From contig CAYPLO010000005.1 in the NCBI GenBank assembly GCA_964411615.1, positions 5,828-43,639 on the forward strand: a DNA stretch of 37,812 bases. The letters are read 5' to 3'. Shown one piece after another: positions 1-9,267 of the stretch. The translations under genes and the position numbers were made by a program. Below the pieces are notes generated by a model. The model saw only the letters and a program-made list of their open reading frames with translations. It did not search any database and was not told the origin of the DNA. Every line of letters begins with the position of its first letter. Position 1 is the first letter of the stretch. The DNA comes from an uncultured Aquificales bacterium. Its GTDB lineage: Bacteria > Thermosulfidibacterota > Thermosulfidibacteria > Thermosulfidibacterales > Thermosulfidibacteraceae.

Positions 1-35
1 TTGAGGAGTCTGAAGAGCCTGAGGATGAGGAGTAG
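1..35 (+). CDS. 3' end of an upstream CDS (acidic C-terminus ...EESEEPEDEE*), partial
   Basis: Frame from position 3 reads GAG GAG TCT GAA GAG CCT GAG GAT GAG GAG TAG, with the window's typical codon usage. Product cannot be identified. Confidence 0.55.
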   Translation, partial: EESEEPEDEE

Positions 36-43
36 GCGTATCC

Positions 44-73
44 TTGCATCCTCTGGAGGTTGTGTGGTATCTA
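44..73 (+). promoter_or_regulatory. Possible sigma70-type promoter for the cysteine synthase-mfd unit
   Basis: TTGCAT (44-49), 18-nt spacer ending TGG, then TATCTA (68-73), in a 75-nt intergenic gap. The -10 match is imperfect. Confidence 0.3.
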
Positions 74-110
74 AGCAGTCGCTTTTACAAATCTTTCGGG
101 AGAGCTTGAG

Positions 111-1001
111 GTGAAGGTTGCAGAAGGCGTCCTCTCCTTAATAGGGAACACTCCCCTTGTGAGGCTTAACCACTTCTCCTCTAAAGATGTGGAGATATTC
201 GCCAAGGTGGAGAGCTTCAACCCCGGCGGCAGTGTGAAGGACAGGGCGGCCCTATACATGATTGAGGGGGCGGAGAAGAGGGGGGAGCTCACCCCTGATA
301 AGGTCATCCTTGAGGCCACCTCTGGCAACACGGGCATAGGCCTTGCCCTGGTTGGAGCTGTTAAGGGCTACAGGGTGAGGATTGTCCTTCCGGAGTCCAT
401 GAGCGTGGAGCGCAGGCAGTTCCTGAAGGCCTTCGGGGCCGATATTGTCCTCTCACCGGGGGATAAGGGGACCGATGGGGCCATAGAGCTTGCCGAGCAG
501 ATGCTCAGGGAGAATCCGGAGCTTTACTACATGCCAAACCAGTTTGATAACCCCGACAACATGAGGGCCCACTACGAGACCACAGGCTTGGAGATAATAG
601 CCCAGACCGGCGGTAAGATAGACGCCTTTGTTGCGGGCATAGGCACATCTGGCACCCTTATGGGGGTGGGCAGGAGGCTGAAGGAGTTTGACCCTAAGAT
701 AAGGGTCATCGGTGTGGAGCCACCACCTAAGCACAATATACAGGGGTTGAAGAGTCTGAAGGATGCTAGGGTCCCCAAGCTTTACGACCCTGAGCTACCC
801 GATGAGGTGATTGTGGTGCATGACGAGGAGGCCTTTGAGCTCATGAGGCTCCTTCCTAAGAAGGAGGGGCTATTTGTGGGCATATCTTCTGGTGCCGCCC
901 TTGCAGGTGCTTTGAAGGTCGCCTCCCGGATGGAGAGGGGAAGGATTGTGGTGGTCTTCCCCGACGGCGGTGACAGGTACCTGTCCCTCGGTATCTTCTG
1001 A
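111..1001 (+). CDS. cysM: Cysteine synthase (PLP-dependent O-acetylserine sulfhydrylase, CysK/CysM family)
   Basis: [23 protein letters not shown] (PLP lysine), [26 protein letters not shown] and C-terminal [13 protein letters not shown] (CysM-like ending). GTG start with GGGAGAG upstream. CysK versus CysM is uncertain. Confidence 0.9.
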   Translation: MKVAEGVLSLIGNTPLVRLNHFSSKDVEIFAKVESFNPGGSVKDRAALYMIEGAEKRGELTPDKVILEATSGNTGIGLALVGAVKGYRVRIVLPESMSVERRQFLKAFGADIVLSPGDKGTDGAIELAEQMLRENPELYYMPNQFDNPDNMRAHYETTGLEIIAQTGGKIDAFVAGIGTSGTLMGVGRRLKEFDPKIRVIGVEPPPKHNIQGLKSLKDARVPKLYDPELPDEVIVVHDEEAFELMRLLPKKEGLFVGISSGAALAGALKVASRMERGRIVVVFPDGGDRYLSLGIF

Positions 1002-4000
1002 TGAAGAGGCTCTCCCTTACCGGCTCTCCCCTTGCCTTCCACCTCGCAGAGCTCTCCTTTGACCATGACAGGATACTGGTGGTTGCCCCTGAGGAGGAGG
1101 CTCCCCATCTGGTAAGGGAGCTCAGGACCTTTGTGGATGCCCTGTTCCTTCCCGCCTGGGATGTGGCCCCCGACAGCGGTCTTCAGCCCTCTGTGTCTGT
1201 GCTCAGGGAGAGGCTGGGGACTGTAGAGGGGCTTATGAACAGGGACAGGTACATCCTGGTGACCACCCCCTACGGTATGGCCCAAGGTGTCCCTTCCCCC
1301 GATGGATTTCTTGAGAGGGTGCAGGTCATCGTAAAGGGTAGCAGACTCAACAGGGACCGCTTTGCCAGAGAGCTCGTTGAGGCGGGCTACAACAGGGTTT
1401 CGGTGGTGGAGTCTCCGGGTGGCTTCAGCCTCAGGGGAGATGTGGTGGATGTGTTTCCCGTGAACACGAAAAGGCCCGTGAGGATAGAGCTCTGGGGGGA
1501 TGAGGTTGAGTCCATAAGGCTCTTTGACCCTGTAACCCAGAGGTCCTTGGAGGAGGTGAGGGCCGTCACCATCTTCCCCTTTGACGAGGGGGAGTGGGTT
1601 AGGCTTTCAGATGTGGCCTCCTTTGACCTTACAGTGGCCGTTGAGCCCGATACCTTGGAGTCGGAGAGGGAGGATGCCTCCTTCTGGTATGGGGAGGAGG
1701 TTGAGTTCCCTGAGTTCCAGCTGCTTGCAGGTGGTATCCCGGAGGGTCCCCCTGAGGTTGAGACCTCCTTCCTCATAGATGCGCAGCTTAAAGGGGACAG
1801 AAGGGTGTCCCACGTGGTCTCAAGGATAGGAGAGCTGTTGAGGGAGGGGTACACGGGGTTTGTGGTTGCGTCAGGGGAGGACCGGGTTGAACCCCTGAGG
1901 GAGCTTTTCCTGAGCTATGGCCTCACCCTGAGGCGTGTGAAGTACAAGAGGGGGCTGGTAAGGACGGGTCTATACCTGCTGGTGGGGCATCTGAGGGAGG
2001 GCTTCATATGGAGGAATAGAGGGATCTTCTTCGTAACGGAGGGAGAGCTCTTCGGTAGAAGGAGGAGGCGCAGGAGAAAGGCGGTCTCATCCTCCAAAGG
2101 GGCCTTGCTCTCCTCCTTGAGGAGCCTTCAGGCTGGCGATTACGTGATACATCCCGACCACGGCATAGGCAGGTTTCTGGGTCTGAAGAAGAGGGAGCTT
2201 GACGGCATAGTCATGGAGTTTGCCGCTATAGAGTACAGGGACGGTGACATCCTCTACGTTCCCGTGGACAGGATGAACAGGATACAGAAGTACGTGGGGG
2301 CTGAGGGGGAACCGCCCAGGATAGACAAGCTGGGGGGCTCCACCTGGAGGCGGGTGAGGGAGAAGGTCAAGAAGGAGGTGGAGAGGTTCGTAAGGGAGCT
2401 TCTTGAGCTTCAGGCCAGGAGGGCCCTTGCCAAAGGGTATGCCTTCTCCCCCGATACCCCCTGGCAGAGGGAGTTTGAGGAGGCCTTCCCCTATGAGGAG
2501 ACGCCGGACCAGCTTAAGGCCATTGAGGACGTGAAGAGGGATATGGAGAGCGAGAAGCCCATGGACAGGCTGGTATGCGGTGATGTGGGCTTTGGCAAGA
2601 CAGAGGTGGCCATGAGGGCGGCCTTCAAGGCGGTTATGGACGGCAAGCAGGTAGCGGTGCTCGTTCCCACCACTGTCCTTGCCGAGCAGCACTACAGGAC
2701 CTTCACCGAGAGGTTTAAGGGCTACCCCGTCAACATAGAGGTGCTGAGCAGGTTCAGAACAAGGGCTCAGCAGAGGAAGGTGCTGGAGGGGCTGGAGAAG
2801 GGGAGTGTGGATATAGTTATAGGCACCCACAGGCTCCTGTCTGACGATGTCAGGTTTAAAGACCTGGGACTCGTCATAATAGATGAGGAGCACAAGTTCG
2901 GTGTGAGGCAGAAGGAGAGGTTCAAACAGCTTCGCTCCAGTGTGGATGTGCTCATGCTCTCTGCCACTCCCATTCCCAGGACACTGCACATGGCCCTTTC
3001 GGGACTAAGGGACATAAGCATCATAGAGACCCCCCCTGAGGGGAGGTATCCTGTGAGGACCTTCGTCTCCACCTACAAGAGGGAGATACTGAGGAAGGCC
3101 ATAACTAAGGAGGTTGCCAGGGGGGGTGGTGTCTTTGTGGTTCAGAACAGGATAGAGGGGCTTGAGGAGCTAAAGAAGACCGTTGAGGCCCTCTGTCCCG
3201 GGGTGAAGGTGGGGCTGGCCCACGGCAGGATGAGGTCCTCGGAGCTTGAGGAGGTGATGCTGAAGTTCGTCAGAGGAGAGATTGACGTTCTGGTCTCTAC
3301 AGCCATCGTTGAGTCTGGGCTGGATATACCAACCGTCAACACCCTCATCGTTGTTGGTGCGGAAAAATTTGGCCTTGCCCAGCTCTACCAGCTCAGGGGA
3401 CGCGTTGGCAGGGGTGACGATGTGGCCTACGCCTACTTCTTGGTGACTCCGGGGGCGGTGACGGAGGAGGCCAAGAAGAGGCTCAGGGCCCTCCAGGAGT
3501 TTGCCGAGCTGGGTTCGGGTCTCAGGCTGGCGCTGAGGGATATGGAGATAAGGGGTGTGGGTAATATCCTGGGTAAGGAGCAGTCGGGGCACGTGGCGGG
3601 GGTTGGGCTTGAGGAGTATCTCAACCTGCTTGAGGAGACGGTGGCCAAGCTTAGGGGAGAGCTCAGGGAGAAGGAGGTGGAGCCCACCCTTGTGGTGAGG
3701 TTTGAGGCCTATATACCGGACCACTACGTTGGGGATGAGCGTGTCAAGATGGCCATCTACAGGAGGCTCATGTCTGCCGACCTTGATGAGCTGGAGGAGC
3801 TGGCCGAGGAGCTGGTGGACAGGTTCGGCCAGATGCCGCAGGAGGTGGAGGGGCTCTTTCTGCTGAGCAGGTTGAAGCTGCTCTGCAGGAGGCTGGGGGT
3901 TGTGAAGCTACAGCAGAGAAGCTCGGGCTTTGTTATGGAACTGGCCTCTGAGGAGCTTGCCAGGGCCCTGGCCTCGGCCAACAGGATGTTCATACACAAG

Positions 4001-4099
4001 GGAGGTAACTTGATTGGAACACCCATAGGGGACCCCAAGGAGCTTGTCAGGGCCATGGAGGAGATTTTGGAGAGGGAGAGCGTTGGAGGGAGAAGATGA
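1001..4099 (+). CDS. mfd: Transcription-repair coupling factor Mfd
   Basis: UvrB-homology segment ([12 protein letters not shown]...[22 protein letters not shown]), CarD-like RID ([14 protein letters not shown]), SF2 motifs [38 protein letters not shown] motif and TRCF C-terminus. Confidence 0.98.
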   Translation: MKRLSLTGSPLAFHLAELSFDHDRILVVAPEEEAPHLVRELRTFVDALFLPAWDVAPDSGLQPSVSVLRERLGTVEGLMNRDRYILVTTPYGMAQGVPSPDGFLERVQVIVKGSRLNRDRFARELVEAGYNRVSVVESPGGFSLRGDVVDVFPVNTKRPVRIELWGDEVESIRLFDPVTQRSLEEVRAVTIFPFDEGEWVRLSDVASFDLTVAVEPDTLESEREDASFWYGEEVEFPEFQLLAGGIPEGPPEVETSFLIDAQLKGDRRVSHVVSRIGELLREGYTGFVVASGEDRVEPLRELFLSYGLTLRRVKYKRGLVRTGLYLLVGHLREGFIWRNRGIFFVTEGELFGRRRRRRRKAVSSSKGALLSSLRSLQAGDYVIHPDHGIGRFLGLKKRELDGIVMEFAAIEYRDGDILYVPVDRMNRIQKYVGAEGEPPRIDKLGGSTWRRVREKVKKEVERFVRELLELQARRALAKGYAFSPDTPWQREFEEAFPYEETPDQLKAIEDVKRDMESEKPMDRLVCGDVGFGKTEVAMRAAFKAVMDGKQVAVLVPTTVLAEQHYRTFTERFKGYPVNIEVLSRFRTRAQQRKVLEGLEKGSVDIVIGTHRLLSDDVRFKDLGLVIIDEEHKFGVRQKERFKQLRSSVDVLMLSATPIPRTLHMALSGLRDISIIETPPEGRYPVRTFVSTYKREILRKAITKEVARGGGVFVVQNRIEGLEELKKTVEALCPGVKVGLAHGRMRSSELEEVMLKFVRGEIDVLVSTAIVESGLDIPTVNTLIVVGAEKFGLAQLYQLRGRVGRGDDVAYAYFLVTPGAVTEEAKKRLRALQEFAELGSGLRLALRDMEIRGVGNILGKEQSGHVAGVGLEEYLNLLEETVAKLRGELREKEVEPTLVVRFEAYIPDHYVGDERVKMAIYRRLMSADLDELEELAEELVDRFGQMPQEVEGLFLLSRLKLLCRRLGVVKLQQRSSGFVMELASEELARALASANRMFIHKGGNLIGTPIGDPKELVRAMEEILERESVGGRR

Positions 4100-4983
4100 G
4101 AAGGTGGGTATTACTTTTGCTTCTGGTGCTTATGTGGTCTGCCGGGGAGGCGGTGATTATAGAGCGGATTGTTGCCGTGGTGAACGGAAAGCCCATAACC
4201 CTGACGGAACTTCAGGAGAGGGCCATATTCATTAAGAACGCCACGGGCAAGGAGCTTCCCTTAAAGGAGGTTCTCAGGCGGGTTATAATGGAAGAGCTTC
4301 AGATGCAGGAGGCCAAGAAACTCGGCCTTGTTGCCAGCGATGAGGTTGTGGACTCTTACATAGAGAACTTCAAGAAGGAGAACGGCCTTACAGATGAAGA
4401 GTTTAAGAAATTCCTCAAGGAGAGGGGCATAACCCTTGAGGCCTACAGGGAGGAGATAAGAAGGAGGATAACCATAAACAGGCTGATGAACTATGCCATA
4501 AGGATGCATGTTGCCGTTCCCGATGAGGAGGTGAGGGAGTACTACGAGAAGCACAGGGACCAGTTCAAAAGGCCTCCTGCGGCCCAGGTCTGGCTCATAT
4601 TCATTCCCAAGGGGGAGAAAGAGCTTGCGGAGAAGATTTACGCTGAGGTGGCGGGAGGTTATCCCTTTGAGGCCCTGGCGAAGAAGTACTCCAAGGGTCC
4701 CAAGGCCGAGGAGGGGGGATACCTGGGCTATGTGGAGAAGGGGACCTTGATAGAGCCCATAGACAGATTCGTGTTTGGAACGGACAAGCCCCTCGGTTTT
4801 GTGGAGACGCCAAATGGATACTACATTGTCAAGGTGGGCGAGAGAGAGAAGGAGAATTACGTGCCCTTTGACAAGGTGAAAGAGCAGATAAAAGAGAAGC
4901 TTCTGGAGGAGAAGACTCAGAAGAGATACCAGGAGTGGGTCAAAAGACTGCTTGATAAGGCGGTGATAAAGATTCTATGGTGA
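4096..4983 (+). CDS. SurA/PrsA-like periplasmic chaperone with parvulin PPIase domain
   Basis: Signal peptide, SurA_N-like [14 protein letters not shown], parvulin motif [21 protein letters not shown]...[15 protein letters not shown] overlap with mfd. Confidence 0.88.
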   Translation: MRRWVLLLLLVLMWSAGEAVIIERIVAVVNGKPITLTELQERAIFIKNATGKELPLKEVLRRVIMEELQMQEAKKLGLVASDEVVDSYIENFKKENGLTDEEFKKFLKERGITLEAYREEIRRRITINRLMNYAIRMHVAVPDEEVREYYEKHRDQFKRPPAAQVWLIFIPKGEKELAEKIYAEVAGGYPFEALAKKYSKGPKAEEGGYLGYVEKGTLIEPIDRFVFGTDKPLGFVETPNGYYIVKVGEREKENYVPFDKVKEQIKEKLLEEKTQKRYQEWVKRLLDKAVIKILW

Positions 4984-5005
4984 AGAAAAATCCTGGAGGT
5001 GCGTT

Positions 5006-5290
5006 ATGAAAAGGGTGCTTTTAGTTTTATTTGCTCTGTTGTTGTGTTCTCTGTTCTTCTGCAGACCCACTCCTGCTGTTACTGCCAAGGCACTTAGTGA
5101 GGGAAAGATTAAGGCTATTGAGCAAAGCTATAAAAACAGGGGATATGAGACCAGAAGGATAGCTTTTAGCACCAAATCCATCCATTCTGATGACCCGTGC
5201 CGCGATAAGCTGGGCGATGGATGGAGAACAGTTGTCTGCTGGTTTACGGGGTGTCTCTGCTACAGGAATCCTTTCTCCACAATCCACTGA
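5006..5290 (+). CDS. Small secreted hypothetical protein (94 aa), cysteine-rich C-terminus
   Basis: Strong SD (GGAGGT) before ATG, MKR plus hydrophobic signal peptide, fills the gap between the SurA-like gene and the cysE promoter. Visibly more AT-rich than its flanks. Confidence 0.72.
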   Translation: MKRVLLVLFALLLCSLFFCRPTPAVTAKALSEGKIKAIEQSYKNRGYETRRIAFSTKSIHSDDPCRDKLGDGWRTVVCWFTGCLCYRNPFSTIH

Positions 5291-5297
5291 ATCTTTA

Positions 5298-5328
5298 TTG
5301 ACAACCCATCCCCCTAGGTTTATACCTT
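5298..5328 (+). promoter_or_regulatory. Sigma70-type promoter upstream of cysE
   Basis: Perfect TTGACA (5298-5303), 17-nt spacer, TATACC (5321-5326; alternatively TACCTT 5323-5328), followed by SD GGGAGGGGG before ATG 5351. Confidence 0.6.
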
Positions 5329-5350
5329 ACTGCCCAAAACGGGAGGGGGG

Positions 5351-6103
5351 ATGGGTTTTAAGTCTCGCCTCAAAGAGGCCTGGGAGACGGTAAAGGCTGA
5401 CTACAACGCCATATTTGAGAGAGACCCTGCCGCCCGCTCTAAGCTTGAGGCTCTGCTCTGCTATCCGGGCTTTCACGCCATTCTCATGCACAGGGTGGCC
5501 CACTTTCTCTGGAACAGGAACCTAAAGCTTCTCGCCAGGCTCCTCTCCCATATAAACCGTTTTCTGACGGGTATAGAGATTCATCCGGGGGCCAGGATAG
5601 GTAAGGGCTTCTTCATAGACCACGGTATGGGGGTTGTTATAGGGGAGACGGCGGAGATAGGGGATAACGTCACCCTTTACCACCAGGTGACCCTGGGAGG
5701 GGTGAGCCTGAAGAAGGAGAAGAGGCATCCCACCGTCAAAGACCACGTTGTGGTGGGGGCAGGGGCCAAGATACTGGGCCCCTTTGTGGTTGGCGAGAAC
5801 TCCAAGATTGGTGCCAACTCGGTGGTGGTTAAAGAGGTGCCTCCCAACTCAACGGTTGTGGGGATACCTGGAAAGGTGGTGAAGAAGGAGAAGATAAACG
5901 TTATGGGGGTGGACCTGGACCATCACCTCCTTCCCGACCCGGTTCTTGACGCTATCCAGGCCATCCTCAGGGAGCTTACCGATTTGAGGAGGGAGATAGA
6001 GGAGCTTAAGGGGGAGAGGACCAGGAGGCTTGAGGATAGATTGAGTAGGGTTGAGAAAAAGCTGCTTGGGGAGGTAGGCGGTGGTAAGTCAGGAGACCCT
6101 TGA
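5351..6103 (+). CDS. cysE: Serine O-acetyltransferase
   Basis: [50 protein letters not shown]...KRHPT hexapeptide repeats, LPDP motif and a coiled-coil-like tail. Confidence 0.97.
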   Translation: MGFKSRLKEAWETVKADYNAIFERDPAARSKLEALLCYPGFHAILMHRVAHFLWNRNLKLLARLLSHINRFLTGIEIHPGARIGKGFFIDHGMGVVIGETAEIGDNVTLYHQVTLGGVSLKKEKRHPTVKDHVVVGAGAKILGPFVVGENSKIGANSVVVKEVPPNSTVVGIPGKVVKKEKINVMGVDLDHHLLPDPVLDAIQAILRELTDLRREIEELKGERTRRLEDRLSRVEKKLLGEVGGGKSGDP

Positions 6104-6440
6104 GAAGATTAAGCAGATGCTGATTGAGGAGAAGGTGAAGATTCTCCGGAAACTTCAGAAGAACGCCGAGGAGATGGACAGAAACAGGGACAGGCAGGCG
6201 GTTGGGGATGAGGTGGACAGTGCAGTGGCCCTTGAGACGGAGAACCTGCTCAACGCCCTCTCCGGCATGGAGGCTGCAAGACTCAGGCAGATTGAGGATG
6301 CCCTCAGGAGGATAGAGGAGGGGACCTACGGCTACTGCAGGGAGTGTGGTGAGCCCATAGAGGAGGGGAGGCTCCTGGCAAAGCCCTTTGCCACCCTCTG
6401 CATAAGCTGTAAGGAGGCGGAGGAGAGGAAGAGGTATTGA
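6081..6440 (+). CDS. dksA: RNA polymerase-binding transcription factor DksA (TraR/DksA C4 zinc finger)
   Basis: Coiled-coil tip DEVDSA (DxxDxA), [43 protein letters not shown] start with SD GGAGGT. Confidence 0.9.
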   Translation: MVSQETLEKIKQMLIEEKVKILRKLQKNAEEMDRNRDRQAVGDEVDSAVALETENLLNALSGMEAARLRQIEDALRRIEEGTYGYCRECGEPIEEGRLLAKPFATLCISCKEAEERKRY

Positions 6441-7405
6441 ACTGGAGGGAGCTTGAGGGTGATGGGGTCCTCCGTTCTCTTCTGGAGCGGAGGGCCCTTT
6501 TTCTTAGCTCTGTGAGGGACTTTTTTGGCTCCAGGGGTTTTCTGGAGGTTGAGACTCCCTATCTTCAACGCCACCCCAACCTTGACCCCAATGTCCATCC
6601 CTTAAAGGCAGGTGACTTTTTCCTACACACCTCTCCCGAATACGGTATGAAGAGGCTCCTCGCCGCCGGTTTTGAGCGTATATACCAGATATGCAGGGTC
6701 TTTCGCAGGGAGATTGTTGATGACCTTCACCTTCCTGAGTTCACCATGGTTGAGTGGTACGGTAAGGATGAGGATTACAGGTGGCTTATGGAGCTGTCCC
6801 TAGATTTACTGGGATACCTTGCCCGGTCCTTTTCCGTTGATGGTTTCTGCTACAGGGGTAGAAGGGCCACCCTTGACGGATACAGGGTATTCTCCTTTGA
6901 GGATGCCTTTGTTGAGCGCTTCGGGGTCTCTATAAAGGAGGTTCTGGAGGTTGATGCCATTGTTGAGCTGGCCAGAAGCTCAGGCGTTCCCTGCGATGAG
7001 GAGAGCTGGGAGAACACCTTCAACCTGATATACCTTAATATCTTTGAGCCTGAGGTTGCCGATAGTCCCGTCCCCGTCTTTCTGCTGGACTATCCCGCCT
7101 GTATGGCCGCCATGGCCAGGCTCAGGGATGACAAGCCCTGGCTTTCGGAGAGGGTGGAGCTGGTTGTGTGTGGCGTGGAGCTTATGAACGGTTATTCGGA
7201 GCTTGACGACCCCCATGAGCTGAGAAGAAGGCTTGAGGCCGAGGCTGCAAAAAGGGGGATGGACCCCTCAGAGGCCGTTGATGAGGACTTTCTGGAGGCG
7301 GTGCCACTTATGGGGAAGGCTGCCGGTGCGGCCTTGGGGCTTGACAGGCTCTTCATGCTCCTTGTGGGGGAGGAGTCCTTGGGGAGGGTGGTCTTTGGCT
7401 GGTAG
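6437..7405 (+). CDS. epmA: EF-P lysine aminoacylase EpmA/GenX (LysRS catalytic-domain paralog)
   Basis: No anticodon-binding domain. GFLEVETP, LHTSPEYGMKRLLAAG, HLPEFTMVEWY, motif 3 GAALGLDRL. TTG start overlapping the dksA stop. Confidence 0.9.
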   Translation: MNWRELEGDGVLRSLLERRALFLSSVRDFFGSRGFLEVETPYLQRHPNLDPNVHPLKAGDFFLHTSPEYGMKRLLAAGFERIYQICRVFRREIVDDLHLPEFTMVEWYGKDEDYRWLMELSLDLLGYLARSFSVDGFCYRGRRATLDGYRVFSFEDAFVERFGVSIKEVLEVDAIVELARSSGVPCDEESWENTFNLIYLNIFEPEVADSPVPVFLLDYPACMAAMARLRDDKPWLSERVELVVCGVELMNGYSELDDPHELRRRLEAEAAKRGMDPSEAVDEDFLEAVPLMGKAAGAALGLDRLFMLLVGEESLGRVVFGW

Positions 7406-8543
7406 GATAAGGGTCTGTATTTTGGGGTCCACTGGCTCCATAGGAACCCAGGCCCTTGATGTGGTAGCGGAGAATCCGGGGCTGTTTGAGGTTGTTGGGC
7501 TTTCGGCCTCTGGAAGGAACAGGGACCTGCTTCTGGCCCAGGTTGAAAGGTTCAAGCCCGAGGTTGTGGCCTCTGTCTCCCCTTTAGAGCTTCCCCGGGG
7601 GGTCTCGGGTATATGGGGGGAGGACTCAAGCGTCAGGCTGGTGGAGGAGGTTGATGCACACATCTACCTTGTGGCCCTTCCGGGTATGGCGGGACTGCTT
7701 CCCACCTACAGGGCCGTCTGCAAGGGGAGGAGGGTGGCCCTTGCCAACAAGGAGAGCTTAGTTGCCGGAGGCCATTTCATAACATCCAAGGCTGAGAAGA
7801 GTGGCGCAGAGATTATACCCGTTGATAGCGAGCATTCGGCGGTGTTCCAGTGCCTCATGGGGCAGGACAGAGGTGCCCTCAAAAGAATCATCCTCACCGC
7901 ATCGGGTGGCCCCTTTAAGGACAGGCCCAAGGAGCTTTTATCTTCCGTCACCCCGGAGGAGGCCCTTTCCCATCCCAAGTGGGATATGGGGCCCAAGGTG
8001 ACGGTGGATTCTGCCACCATGATGAACAAGGGTTTGGAGGTTGTTGAGGCGAGGTGGCTCTTCGGGGTGGGACCTGATAAGATAGATGTGCTGGTCCATC
8101 CTGAGGCGGTTGTCCACTCAATGGTGGAGTTCGTTGACGGTTCCATCCTTGCCCAGCTGGGGCCAACTGACATGAGGGTTCCCATATCCTTCGCCCTGGG
8201 ATTTCCGAGGCGTCTGACCAGCGGTGTGTCCCCTCTGGTGCTTGCCGGGCTCTCCCTCACCTTTGAGGAGCCCGACCTTGACAAGTTTCCCCTCTTGTCC
8301 CTCGCCTACAGGTCCCTTGAGAGGGAGAGGGTTCTTCCTGCGGTGATGAGTGCAGCGGATGAGGTGGCGGTTGAGGCCTTCCTCTCCAGGAGGATAGGGT
8401 TTGACGCCATATACGAGGTTGTGGTTCGCTGTATGGAGCACTTTGAAGGTGCCCAGGTGAGCACCCTGGAGGACGTGCTTGAGCTGCAGAGGAGGGTGGT
8501 GGATTACGCCAAAGGAGTTGTGAGGAGCCTTGAGGGTCTTTGA
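7395..8543 (+). CDS. dxr: 1-deoxy-D-xylulose 5-phosphate reductoisomerase
   Basis: ILGSTGSIGTQAL, LANKESLV, PVDSEHSA, LTASGGPF, HPKWDMGPKVTVDSATMMNKGLEVVEA. Start moved from the track's 7233 to TTG 7395 (SD GGGGAGGG 7381-7388, same frame). Confidence 0.96.
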   Translation: MAGRIRVCILGSTGSIGTQALDVVAENPGLFEVVGLSASGRNRDLLLAQVERFKPEVVASVSPLELPRGVSGIWGEDSSVRLVEEVDAHIYLVALPGMAGLLPTYRAVCKGRRVALANKESLVAGGHFITSKAEKSGAEIIPVDSEHSAVFQCLMGQDRGALKRIILTASGGPFKDRPKELLSSVTPEEALSHPKWDMGPKVTVDSATMMNKGLEVVEARWLFGVGPDKIDVLVHPEAVVHSMVEFVDGSILAQLGPTDMRVPISFALGFPRRLTSGVSPLVLAGLSLTFEEPDLDKFPLLSLAYRSLERERVLPAVMSAADEVAVEAFLSRRIGFDAIYEVVVRCMEHFEGAQVSTLEDVLELQRRVVDYAKGVVRSLEGL

Positions 8544-9267
8544 TGCCCATTTCCACATAATAGACCCTAAGCATCCCGCTCCTGGAGATAGGGGATACGT
8601 GCCTGAGCCCTTCACCGTTGAGGACTATCTCGGGTGGTTTAAGAATGTGGAGCTTGTGGGTGGGCTGGTGGTGGCAGGCTCCTTTCAGGGATACGACTGG
8701 CGTCCTGTGGTTGATGCGGTCTCTCAGCTGGGGGAGGGATTTTACGGGGTGATAAACCCGCCTGAGGAGCTTTCAAGGACCCTTGTTGAGGAGCTCCATG
8801 GTCTCGGGGTGAGGGGTGTGAGGTTCAACCTGAGGCGTATGGGGATGGAGCTGGTGAATCTCCTTGAGGAAGTTGCCCTTAAGGTGTGGGACTGGTGCAG
8901 GTGGCATGTGGATGTATACGTTGAGAACAGGCATCTTCCCCGGATAAGGTCCCTTTTGAGGAGCCTTCCCGCTGTGGTGATAGACCATCTGGGCCTTACC
9001 TTGGAGGGTTTTGATGCGCTCCTTGAGCTTGTGGAGGCGGGGGTGAGGGTGAAGGTCTCCGGATTCGGCAGACTGGACTTTGACCCCGTGTGGGCCGTTA
9101 GAAGAATCAGGGAGGTCTCCTCCAAGGCCCTACTCTTTGCCACGGACCTTCCCTCAACCAGGGCTCCAAGGCCCTTCAGCTGGGATGATGTTGAGATGCT
9201 GGGGGAGCTTGCCGATGAGGCTCTTCTTTTCAGAAACGCCCTTGAGTTTCTGGGAGGTGATTCATGA
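8530..9267 (+). CDS. Amidohydrolase-family protein (2-pyrone-4,6-dicarboxylate lactonase/LigI-like)
   Basis: N-terminal FDAHFH, GVRGVRFNL, VIDHLGL, VKVSGFGR, LFATDLPSTRA. TTG start with SD GAGGAG. Confidence 0.82.
   Translation: MRVFDAHFHIIDPKHPAPGDRGYVPEPFTVEDYLGWFKNVELVGGLVVAGSFQGYDWRPVVDAVSQLGEGFYGVINPPEELSRTLVEELHGLGVRGVRFNLRRMGMELVNLLEEVALKVWDWCRWHVDVYVENRHLPRIRSLLRSLPAVVIDHLGLTLEGFDALLELVEAGVRVKVSGFGRLDFDPVWAVRRIREVSSKALLFATDLPSTRAPRPFSWDDVEMLGELADEALLFRNALEFLGGDS

Noticed and set aside
46..63. Short inverted repeat around CCTC-TG-GAGG upstream of cysteine synthase
   Set aside because: Only a 4-bp perfect arm with a 2-nt loop and no U-tract. Expected by chance.
2056..2080. Poly-arginine AGG run in mfd
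   Set aside because: A basic linker before the RID domain is usual in Mfd. The frame is intact, with no sign of slippage or phase variation.
2087..2989. 300-aa antisense ORF inside mfd, and similar long minus-strand ORFs (8742-9668, 9792-10598, 26348-27103, 32165-32992, 35830-36576)
   Set aside because: Shadow ORFs of strongly biased sense-strand codon usage. They are L/P/H/S-rich, have no motifs and lie fully opposite well-supported genes.
7233..7394. Apparent 54-aa N-terminal extension of Dxr
   Set aside because: It lies inside epmA. A TTG with a good SD at 7395 sits just before the GSTGSIG motif. The same artefact explains the long starts given for the SPOR gene, tetR, tig, clpP, lon and mlaF.
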